From positions 2,785 to 66,784 of the forward strand of contig CAJXFT010000001.1 in the NCBI GenBank assembly GCA_913053235.1: a stretch of 64,000 nucleotides of DNA. The letters run 5' to 3'. Numbering within the stretch: the first letter of the stretch is position 1; every line of letters begins with the position of its first letter. A program made the position numbers and the translations under genes. Under the pieces are notes generated by a model. That model searched no databases. It was not told where the DNA came from and was given only the letters and a program-made list of their open reading frames with translations. This document shows, piece by piece, positions 9,808 to 17,899 of the stretch. Source of the DNA: an uncultured Alphaproteobacteria bacterium. GTDB lineage: Bacteria > Pseudomonadota > Alphaproteobacteria > UBA828.

Positions 9808-11363
9808 CGTACCGCCTTCTTCAAAATGCCGGGGAAAGCCGCTTCATCGCCGCCCCGGCTGAGATACCACTTTCCCTCGGGACGATAGCCGGCCGCGGCA
9901 AACAAAGCGTGCGACGCCTGGTTCCCGGCCAGCACTTCGGCGCGCAGTTCGGCCTCGGGCAGAAGGCGGCGCGCCAGCGCCAGCGCCGCGCCGCCAATGC
10001 CCAACCGCCAGCGCTCCGGCGCCACATATATGGAAACTTCGTAAGCGCCACCTTCCATGCCGCTTTCGAGGCGCAATACACCGGCCGGCTCGTGGCCATG
10101 CATTATGATATTGAACAGACAATCAGGATCGCCAAGCCGGCCGTCGAACCAGGCCCGGTGTTCGTCCGCCGAGGGTGCCTCGGGCACGCGGAAATGGCGC
10201 CGTGTGCGTGCATCGCGCTGCCAGGCCAGCAGGCGATCGGCATCGCCGGCGGCGGCGGGGCGCAGACGAATGGCGACGCCATCATGGGCGGCCGGCGGAT
10301 CGAGGGCCGCGATGAGGCGCCCGGCGCCGAGTCCATCGCACAGACAAGCCGCCGCCCGCGCCATCTCGCGCCGCGCCATGCCGTCCTCCAGCAAATTATG
10401 CAATGCATCGATCAGCCGGCCATCGCTGAAATTTCCGGCCCCGTCCAGGACCCCGGCCCCGTCCAGGACAATTGCCGCGCCCGCGCCGCGCAGGCTTTCG
10501 GCCACCGCATGCTGGTTTTCGGCGCTGCATATCACGATCGACGGCAGGCCGAGGCAACAGCGCTCCCAGGCCCCGCCGCCGCCGGCGCCGAGCGCCACAT
10601 CGGCTTTGCACAGCAGCCCGGCGACATCTTCAATCGCGACATGAAGCGACGCCGGAAAGGGCGCCATCGCCGCCTTGGCGCGCACCGCCTCGAGATGAGG
10701 CGCGGCGCCGCCGAGCAATATATCGACCGCGAGTCGCCAATCGGCGCGCGCCAGGATGTCGAGCACCGCCGAGGTGATATTGGTAGGATCGGTGGCGCCA
10801 AAGGAGAGCAGCAGCCGACGCGGCCTGTCATTTTTTTGGCGCCGTACCAGGGCGGTCCGGCGCAGCGCCGCGAACGACGAACGCAACGGAAGATAGGCCG
10901 GACCGAGCAACTGCATGCAGCCTTTAGGGACGAGAGCGGCATAATCGTCATCTCCACGGCATGCCGCCGGGTCGAGCAGCATATCGCAATCATGGCGGCG
11001 GTCGGCGAGATCGTCGAAGGCCAGGATTCGCCGCGCCCAGGGGCGGCACGAGCGCTCGAATACCGCGTCCCTGCCATAATGATCCGTCACCAACAGGTCG
11101 GCGCCCTCGGGCCAGCGCGCGGCCAGCTCGCCCGCTTCCGCCAGCGCGTCGCCGTTCAGTTGCACGGCCGCGATGGCGGCCGGCCAGGGCGACGGCAGCG
11201 CATCACTCGCGCCGCGCCCGCTGACCAGCACGCAGCGCCATCCCGCCGCCGCAAGCGCGCGGGCGAGCGAAAGACAGCGCGCCGCGTGGCCCGCCCCGAT
11301 CGCGGCGGTGGCATCGGCGCGGAATATGGCGAGGCGGGGCTCAGCCGGCATCGGCGCGCTCAC
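9804..11363 (-). CDS. pseG: PseG (UDP-2,4-diacetamido-2,4,6-trideoxy-L-altropyranose hydrolase) fused to a C-terminal GNAT N-acetyltransferase (PseH-like)
   Basis: N-terminal ~350 aa is a GT-B/PseG-like fold (LAIFRADATAAIGAGHAARCLSLARAL ... LGAGGGGAWERCCLGLPSIVI). C-terminal ~150 aa is a GNAT fold (LRPAAAGDADRLLAWQRD...IYVAPERWRLGIGGAAL). Confidence 0.75.
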   Translation of the reverse strand: MSAPMPAEPRLAIFRADATAAIGAGHAARCLSLARALAAAGWRCVLVSGRGASDALPSPWPAAIAAVQLNGDALAEAGELAARWPEGADLLVTDHYGRDAVFERSCRPWARRILAFDDLADRRHDCDMLLDPAACRGDDDYAALVPKGCMQLLGPAYLPLRSSFAALRRTALVRRQKNDRPRRLLLSFGATDPTNITSAVLDILARADWRLAVDILLGGAAPHLEAVRAKAAMAPFPASLHVAIEDVAGLLCKADVALGAGGGGAWERCCLGLPSIVICSAENQHAVAESLRGAGAAIVLDGAGVLDGAGNFSDGRLIDALHNLLEDGMARREMARAAACLCDGLGAGRLIAALDPPAAHDGVAIRLRPAAAGDADRLLAWQRDARTRRHFRVPEAPSADEHRAWFDGRLGDPDCLFNIIMHGHEPAGVLRLESGMEGGAYEVSIYVAPERWRLGIGGAALALARRLLPEAELRAEVLAGNQASHALFAAAGYRPEGKWYLSRGGDEAAFPGILKKAVR

Positions 11364-12033
11364 CCTTTACGCAGTATGCCGTCGGCGTCGGGCTGGCCGG
11401 GAGCAATCTAAGCCGGGGCGGCTGTTCGAGCGTCGCAAAGACCTCATCCACCGCATCCGATTCTCCCCACCGGCCCACCGCATATTCGTCGAATACGGCA
11501 ATGCCGCCATTGACGATGCGCGGCCAGGCGCCGGCGAGAAGTTTCGCGGTCGGCAGATAGACATCCAAATCGCAATGCAGAAGACTGATGCGGAAGCCCG
11601 GGTTTTCGGCAAGATAGCGCGGAAATTCGCTGACGATGTCGCCCTTGATCAGCTCGACCCGATGGCCGAGGCCGAGGCGATCCAGCGCCGCCACGAGATT
11701 GTCATAGGCGCTGGCGTCATAGCTGGTCTGATGTATTTCGACGGCGCCGCGCTCATCCGCGCGGGCGTGCGTGAATTCTTCTTCAAACGTATCGAAAGCA
11801 ATAATCCTGGTGCGCGAATTGGGCTGATAGGTTTCCAGTAAATGGGCCCAGAGAATAGTGCTGGTTCCCTTATAGACACCCGCGTCAACGATATCGCCGG
11901 GCACATCCATGACCATGCGAAACAGGTCATGGCGGGCGAACATCTTCTGGAAGCGATGTTTGTCGCAATGGAAATAAAAGTTGTGGTACACCTGCCACAT
12001 GTCGGTATCGAAGGGATCGGATTCTTTGTTCAT
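11341..12033 (-). CDS. TylF/MycF-family (macrocin-O-methyltransferase-like) SAM-dependent methyltransferase
   Basis: DVPGDIVDAGVYKGTSTIL and LHCDLDVY motifs of the TylF family. First gene of operon B. Confidence 0.75.
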   Translation of the reverse strand: MNKESDPFDTDMWQVYHNFYFHCDKHRFQKMFARHDLFRMVMDVPGDIVDAGVYKGTSTILWAHLLETYQPNSRTRIIAFDTFEEEFTHARADERGAVEIHQTSYDASAYDNLVAALDRLGLGHRVELIKGDIVSEFPRYLAENPGFRISLLHCDLDVYLPTAKLLAGAWPRIVNGGIAVFDEYAVGRWGESDAVDEVFATLEQPPRLRLLPASPTPTAYCVKGERADAG

Positions 12034-12098
12034 CCTGATTTATCCATTCGTTTTGGTAACGCTTTGAGCCTCAATTTCGCCAGGCTGGCGCACGCATC

Positions 12099-13694
12099 AT
12101 GGCCAATATAATTCTGCTCATCATCGACACCCTGCGCTATGACCGCATGGGCATTTCGGGCTATCGTCCGGCGGTGACGCCGAACCTCGACGAACTTGCG
12201 GCCGAAGGCATCAACTGTGCCAATTATTTTTCCAATGGCTGCGTCACGAGCTTCGCCTTTCCCCCCATGTTCACCTCTTCCCTGCCGTTCGATTTCGGCG
12301 GCTATGACGAAGGCATTCGCCACCGCCCGATTTCGTTTCCCGAGCTTCTCCAACAGGACGGCTTCCATACCTACGGCCTGGTCACCGGCCATCCGTGCTC
12401 GTCCCATTTCGGCTACGGTCGGGGCTTCGACCAATTCCTCGACCTGATCGACCTTTACCAATGGTTCCGCTCGATCTATGTCGCCGCGCTGAGCGAGCCA
12501 ATCGCCACCTGGCAGGCGGGCAAGCTCAGCGAAGCCGAGTTGATGGCCATATTCGTGCCCAAATTCGGCCGTGTGTTGATGGATACGGAAAATTACATCG
12601 CCGCTCTCGATCGCGCCGGCGCACCGCCGAGCGGCCGCCCCCGGGCGCCCTTGCTGGCCGCCGTGCGGGCCGAACGCAAGCTGCTCGACGCGGCTCCCGG
12701 CGCCTGCCTCGAAAAAATCGCGGCGCTTAAATCCGATTATCAATTTGCCCTCGGCGAGAACGGGCTCAGCCGACGCACGCAACGGCGCATCGAGCGGCGC
12801 AAGAAACTGTTCAGCCGGTTTAACAAGCGTATTCACCTGCTTTCCAACCGCCGCGCCTTCGATGCCGGCACCGTCAACAGGCAGTTTGACGGCTTTCTGG
12901 CGCGGCGTTCGGAGCAGCCGTTTTTTGCCCTCCTGCATTATTTCGATCTGCATGAGGCGAAGCTGCAAATCTCCAAATTGCTGGCCCGACCGACGCCGCG
13001 GCGCATCAGTGACGGAATTCGCGCCTACCGCCGCATCTCCAAGGGGCGCCCGCCCGAACAGCGCGGCGTTCTTTACGATATGGGACTCGCCCTGGTCGAC
13101 GAGCAGCTCGGCGCGCTGCGCCACATGCTCAGGCGCCACGGCGTGTCCGAGGATACGGTCATCGTCATCACCGGCGATCACGGAACCGAAGCCGGCGCGC
13201 CGCATCGCGGCCTTGGCAGCAATCTTCCGCGCCTGTTCTATGACGAGCATCTTCACGTTCCGCTCATCGTCAACGGCCGCGGCATCGCGCCGCAAACCAT
13301 CGACGCGCTTTCGAGCCATCTCGACCTGGCGCCGACGATTCTGGATATCGCCGGAATCGCGCCACCGGAAGTCTTTCAGGGCATTCCGATCGCGGCGCGG
13401 CGCGAACATCCCGAAACGCTGGTGTGGAGCGAGAATGCCGGCCTCGGGCGCTGCGACATCGCCACCAAGCCGCTTTATTTCAGCGTCCGTTCGGCCGGCC
13501 ACCGAAGCATCGCGCGGGCCGAGAATTTCGTCCCCGAGCTGGGCGAATTTTACGACCTCCAAAACGACCCCTTCGCGAAGGACAATCTCGCCGGCGGCGA
13601 GCAATGCTCTGAAATCCGCGAGTCTCATCTCGCCGCTATCCGCAAACGGCTGGAGACGTTGCGCGCCCAGTCGAAGGGGCGGGACGCGGCATAG
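12099..13694 (+). CDS. Sulfatase-like (alkaline-phosphatase superfamily) hydrolase/transferase; the canonical C-x-P-x-R arginine is absent
   Basis: IILLIIDTLRYDRMG...TPNLDELAAEGINCANYFSNGCVTSF... sulfatase N-terminal architecture. This is the only plus-strand gene inside the 32-kb minus-strand array. The antisense ORF 12030..14099 is Arg-rich junk. Confidence 0.75.
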   Translation: MANIILLIIDTLRYDRMGISGYRPAVTPNLDELAAEGINCANYFSNGCVTSFAFPPMFTSSLPFDFGGYDEGIRHRPISFPELLQQDGFHTYGLVTGHPCSSHFGYGRGFDQFLDLIDLYQWFRSIYVAALSEPIATWQAGKLSEAELMAIFVPKFGRVLMDTENYIAALDRAGAPPSGRPRAPLLAAVRAERKLLDAAPGACLEKIAALKSDYQFALGENGLSRRTQRRIERRKKLFSRFNKRIHLLSNRRAFDAGTVNRQFDGFLARRSEQPFFALLHYFDLHEAKLQISKLLARPTPRRISDGIRAYRRISKGRPPEQRGVLYDMGLALVDEQLGALRHMLRRHGVSEDTVIVITGDHGTEAGAPHRGLGSNLPRLFYDEHLHVPLIVNGRGIAPQTIDALSSHLDLAPTILDIAGIAPPEVFQGIPIAARREHPETLVWSENAGLGRCDIATKPLYFSVRSAGHRSIARAENFVPELGEFYDLQNDPFAKDNLAGGEQCSEIRESHLAAIRKRLETLRAQSKGRDAA

Positions 13695-13731
13695 AGCGCA
13701 CCGGCAGCGGCATCGGTCTGCCCGTGCCGCC

Positions 13732-15897
13732 TCATTCGGAGAAAACCGGCTGTCCGGCATTGAGCTCGGCCCGCAACATGTCCTGAATGACGTCACGCAT
13801 GAACCAATCCGGCAGCGCCTCGCCGGCGCGCAGCGCCTGGCGCATGTCGGTGCCGCTGATCGGCTCCAGCGTTTCAGCCGCGCCGAGCGCCACATACGCC
13901 TCGGCTTTCGGATCATAGCCGATAGCGTCGAAGAAAATCGGCGTGAGGCCGATATCGCCCAGACTGTCGAACAGGGCGGGAATTTCCTCTGCCGCATAGA
14001 AATCGCCGACGCCGGTATGGTCGCGCCCGACGATGAAATGGGAGCAGCCCATGTTCTTGCGGCAAAGCGCCGTGAAAACCGCCTCGCGCGGGCCGGCATA
14101 GCGCGAATAGGTGGCGAAGCTGCCGAGCACCACCTTGCCCGCCGGGTAAAGCCCCCCGTCCAGCATCATCTGATAGCTGCGCATGATCGGCTCGGGCAGA
14201 AAATCGCCTGATTTCTTGGGCCCGATGACGGGGCTTACATAAAGGCCATCGGCGCCGCTCCGCTCCAATGCGCTGAGCTGAATATGTTCATGCACCCGGT
14301 GAATGACATTGCGGGTATGAAAGCCGACCACCCGGTTCCAACCCTTATGCGAAAAGACGAAGCGCGTCTGCGCCGGGGTAAGTTCGAATTGGCGATAGGG
14401 CGACGGCAGGCGCGCGAACAGGGTGATATCGCCGCCGACAAGATGGCCGCCGCCGCCGGCCAAGCGCGCCACGCCGGGATGATCCATCGAGGCGGTACCG
14501 AACCAGGGCTCGACAACGGCGTCGAAATCGAGCGCATAGACCTCGGCGACGTCGAGCAGCGCATGCGCGACGCCGGCCTCGCTCTTGAGCAGGATGCGCT
14601 CGCCGGGGTGAATTTCGCCGGCCCGGACGCTGTCGACCTGAAGCACGATCGGCAGGGTCCAGGCCTCGCCTTGCGGCAGGCGGTTGTCGCGCAACACCGA
14701 GCGCAACATTTCCTGGGTCATGAATCCGGTGAGCGGCGAATAGGTGCCGTGGGCGATCTGCTGGCAGTCCATCAACACGTTGTGCTCAACGGTGAGGCTG
14801 GCGAGGCGGGCGAGTTCCGCCGCCGCCGGCGCCTCCTGCTCGCGGTGCACAAGCCGGCCGCCATGCGGCTCGACCAGGAGCGACGCCGATTCGAGATCAT
14901 AGCCGCCCGCCGCGGCTTCGGGGCCGGCTTCGTATTCGCGAATCAATTTTACGATCATGCTGGCGCAGCCGATGGGATGCGCGCCGATCGCCGTTTCCGC
15001 CGCCAGCACCAAGCCGTCGACGCCATCGACGAGCGTGTTGTAGACGTCATTGACCTCGGCGCGGGTCGGGCCGGGCGCGGTGATCATCGATTCCAACAGA
15101 TTGGTCGCCACATAGACCTTGCGTCCGGCCACCTTGGCGATGCGCACAATATGTTTTTGCAATGCCGGAATGCGCTCGACCGGCAATTCGCGCGACAGGT
15201 CGCCGCGGTCGATCAGCAGGCCATCGGATTTCGCCGCGATCTCGGCCAGATTGTGGAGGCCGTTGCGGCACTCGATTTTCGAAATCACAAATGTCTCGGC
15301 GCCGACGATCTCGCGGATGGCATCGACATCCGTTTCCCTGTTGGCGAAAGACAGGGCGGCATGTTCGAGGCCCTTGTCGCGGCCGATCCGGAGCGCGGCA
15401 CGGTCCTTGTCCGTCAATGGCGGCATATCGATCGGCCGCTCGACCGTTACCGCCTTGTTCTGACCGATGACGCCGCCGGTCAACACGCGCATCATCGCGC
15501 CCGCCGCCGTTATCTCGATCACCTGCACCAGCACGGCGTTGAAGTCGATGCTGATAAAATCTCCGACTTCGAGAGAATCGACGATGCCATGGGGGTAGAA
15601 GTTGAGGGTTTGGGCATCGCCGGCCACGGTCTCTCGGCGGGCGCAAATGACGGTGCTCTCCTGTACCGCCACACTGCCTTGCGCCAGGCTGCCGGTGCGA
15701 ATTTGCGCGCCTTCGCTGTCGAGGCAGACCGGCACCGCGCTGTGCGATTGAATGAAATCGATGACCGCGGCGACGTCCTCGAGTTTTGTGTGCGACAGGT
15801 TGATGCGGAACAATGTCGCGCCGAGCTCCTCGAGGCGGTTCAACACCCTTTTGTTCATCGAAGCGGGGCCGAGGGTGCAGAATAAATCTTTAGCCAT
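13732..15897 (-). CDS. Fusion protein: N-terminal pyruvate-kinase catalytic barrel (no C-terminal allosteric domain) + C-terminal complete ATP sulfurylase (sulfate adenylyltransferase)
   Basis: aa 1-~335: CTLGPAS...FRINLSHT (PK K+ site), ISKIECRNG (PK IENxxG), IDRGDLS, and ATNLLESMITAPGPTRAEVNDVYNTLVDGVDGLVLAAETA (PK Mg/PEP site). aa ~340-721: PUA-like domain, VGFHTRNVIHRVHEHI (ATP sulfurylase QTRNxxHRAHE motif) and FIVGRDHTGVG (GRDHAG motif). Confidence 0.85.
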   Translation of the reverse strand: MAKDLFCTLGPASMNKRVLNRLEELGATLFRINLSHTKLEDVAAVIDFIQSHSAVPVCLDSEGAQIRTGSLAQGSVAVQESTVICARRETVAGDAQTLNFYPHGIVDSLEVGDFISIDFNAVLVQVIEITAAGAMMRVLTGGVIGQNKAVTVERPIDMPPLTDKDRAALRIGRDKGLEHAALSFANRETDVDAIREIVGAETFVISKIECRNGLHNLAEIAAKSDGLLIDRGDLSRELPVERIPALQKHIVRIAKVAGRKVYVATNLLESMITAPGPTRAEVNDVYNTLVDGVDGLVLAAETAIGAHPIGCASMIVKLIREYEAGPEAAAGGYDLESASLLVEPHGGRLVHREQEAPAAAELARLASLTVEHNVLMDCQQIAHGTYSPLTGFMTQEMLRSVLRDNRLPQGEAWTLPIVLQVDSVRAGEIHPGERILLKSEAGVAHALLDVAEVYALDFDAVVEPWFGTASMDHPGVARLAGGGGHLVGGDITLFARLPSPYRQFELTPAQTRFVFSHKGWNRVVGFHTRNVIHRVHEHIQLSALERSGADGLYVSPVIGPKKSGDFLPEPIMRSYQMMLDGGLYPAGKVVLGSFATYSRYAGPREAVFTALCRKNMGCSHFIVGRDHTGVGDFYAAEEIPALFDSLGDIGLTPIFFDAIGYDPKAEAYVALGAAETLEPISGTDMRQALRAGEALPDWFMRDVIQDMLRAELNAGQPVFSE

Positions 15898-16675
15898 GTT
15901 GCTCGTTTCTCACATTCGGTTGTTGGTTGAGGGCGCCGAAAGGGGCCGCCTTGGTGGCGCCGTGACGCGAGAGATTGATCTCCGCGATTTCGGGATGGTC
16001 GGCGAGAACGCCCAACACGGCGGCCATGGCATGGCCTTCCGCGCCGCCCGGGAGGTGGCGGAACAAGGCTTTGAGGAAGGCGTAATCCTCGGGGTAATCG
16101 AGGGTCCAGCGCGTCGTGCCCGGCAGGCCCGGCGGCGCCGCAAGGTTGGCGCGCGCTATTTCGGCCGCCTCGCGCATCCACGGCGAGACATGCTCGCGTT
16201 CGAAGCTGCGCGCGGCATTGGCGTCGGCGGCGTTCAGCGCCGCCCGGGTGAAGGCTTCGCAGTCGAGCCCGTGCGGCCAGGAGGGCGGCATATTGTTGGC
16301 CGCGTAGCCGGCGCCGGTGCGCTTGCGCAGATCGAGCAGCGCGCCGCATATCGCCGGGTCGATGGCCGGGCAATCGCTGGTCACGCGGAGCACCACATCG
16401 GCTTCCAGCTCTTGCGCCGCGCCGGCGTAGCGCGCCAGCACATCCTCGGCCGGGCCGCGATAGGCCGCGGCGCCGTGGCGCGCCGCTTCCGCCGCCACGA
16501 CATCATCCTCGGCCAGATCCGTCGTCGCGCAACACACGTCATCAACGCCCGCTATGGCCGCGCACCGCGTCAGCACATGGCCGAGCACGCTTTGCGCCGC
16601 CAGCGGCAGAAGAATTTTCCCGGGCAGGCGTGTCGATCCCATGCGCGCCTGAACGATAGCGACCGTCCGTCCCAT
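15890..16675 (-). CDS. Acylneuraminate/pseudaminate cytidylyltransferase-like (SpsF/PseF family)
   Basis: MGRTVAIVQARMGSTRLPGKIL. ATG at 16675 overlaps the upstream stop as ATGA. A TTG 14 codons upstream is an alternative start. Confidence 0.75.
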   Translation of the reverse strand: MGRTVAIVQARMGSTRLPGKILLPLAAQSVLGHVLTRCAAIAGVDDVCCATTDLAEDDVVAAEAARHGAAAYRGPAEDVLARYAGAAQELEADVVLRVTSDCPAIDPAICGALLDLRKRTGAGYAANNMPPSWPHGLDCEAFTRAALNAADANAARSFEREHVSPWMREAAEIARANLAAPPGLPGTTRWTLDYPEDYAFLKALFRHLPGGAEGHAMAAVLGVLADHPEIAEINLSRHGATKAAPFGALNQQPNVRNEQHG

Positions 16676-17877
16676 CAGCCGACGCAAGAAAGCACCGCAT
16701 CGATGACGCGCCGGCAATCGGAATCGGTCATTGCCGGAAACAACGGAATGGTAAGGGCGGCATCGTAATAGGCCTCGGACTCGGGAAAATCGCCCCGCTT
16801 GTAGCCAAATTTTTCCCGATAGTAGGGCTGTAGGTGAAGCGGAATGTAATGCACATGCACGCCAATCTTGCGGGCGCGAAGCTGCTCAAAAATCCGCCGC
16901 CGGCTTTTGCGCAAACGGTCGCGCCGCAGGCGCAGCATATAGAGGTGCCAGGCGCTCTCGCGGTCGCTCTCCTGATGCGGCGGAATGAGCAGTTCGGACT
17001 GGCCGAAGGCGGCGCTGTAGCGCGCCGCGATCTCGCGGCGGCGCGCCAGAAAGCCGTCGAGCTTGGCCAATTGGCTGAGCCCGAGGGCGCATTGGATATC
17101 GGTGACGCGGTAGTTGAAACCCAATTCCTGCATTTCGTAATACCAGGGTGCTCGGTCGCTCGCATTGGCTTTGGCATGGCCGCCGCCATCCTTGTCGGCG
17201 GCCTGGGAGGCGAGACGCATGGCGGCGCCGTCATTGGTGATGCCATGGGTGCGGAAGAGGCGCAGCGCGGCGGCGAGATCGTCATCGTCGGTGGCGATCA
17301 GGCCGCCCTCGCCCATCGCCACGGCTTTGACCGGATGGAAGGAAAAAATGCTCATCGCCGCCAGCGAGCCGACGCTACGGCCCTTATAGGTCGCTCCCAG
17401 GGAGTGCGCGGAATCCTCGATAACCGTGATGCCGTGGCGCGCGGCGATTTCGTTGATCTCGTCCATGTCGGCCGGCTGGCCGGTATAATCGATCGGGATG
17501 ATGGCCTTGGTCTTGGCCGTGATGGCGGCCTCGAGCCTGGCTGGATCGAGGCAGTAGGTATCGCGACGGATATCGGCAAATTTAACCTCGGCGCCGAGAT
17601 AAAGCGCGCAATTGCCGCTCGCCGCGAAGGTGATCGGCGCGGTGATCACCTCATCGCCCGGGCCGACGCCCGCGGCATAACAGGCGCAGTGGAGCGCCGC
17701 CGTGCCGGTGGCGACGGCAATGCCGTGGCGGGCGCCGACACGCGCCGCGACGGCCGCCTCGAAGGCGGCAATGTTGGGCCCCTGGGTGAGCCAATCGCCG
17801 CGCAATACCTCGACCACCGCCGCGATATCGTCCTCGTCGAGGCTTTGGCGGGCATAGGGAATAAAGGCTTCGCTCAT
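16675..17877 (-). CDS. pseC: DegT-family aminotransferase, PseC-like (UDP-4-amino-4,6-dideoxy-N-acetyl-beta-L-altrosamine transaminase)
   Basis: MSEAFIPYARQSLDEDDIAAVVEVLRGDWLTQGPNIAAFE... is colinear with PseC, including the SIFSFHPVK Lys region. ATG at 17877. Confidence 0.8.
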   Translation of the reverse strand: MSEAFIPYARQSLDEDDIAAVVEVLRGDWLTQGPNIAAFEAAVAARVGARHGIAVATGTAALHCACYAAGVGPGDEVITAPITFAASGNCALYLGAEVKFADIRRDTYCLDPARLEAAITAKTKAIIPIDYTGQPADMDEINEIAARHGITVIEDSAHSLGATYKGRSVGSLAAMSIFSFHPVKAVAMGEGGLIATDDDDLAAALRLFRTHGITNDGAAMRLASQAADKDGGGHAKANASDRAPWYYEMQELGFNYRVTDIQCALGLSQLAKLDGFLARRREIAARYSAAFGQSELLIPPHQESDRESAWHLYMLRLRRDRLRKSRRRIFEQLRARKIGVHVHYIPLHLQPYYREKFGYKRGDFPESEAYYDAALTIPLFPAMTDSDCRRVIDAVLSCVG

Positions 17878-17899
17878 TTTTCTCTCTTGCTTCGCCGCT

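Noticed and set aside
12030-14099. 689-aa minus-strand ORF spanning the sulfatase-like gene
   Set aside because: The translation is Arg/Ala-rich low-complexity sequence with no motifs. It is antisense to a plus-strand gene with a clear sulfatase-family signature, a typical high-GC shadow ORF.
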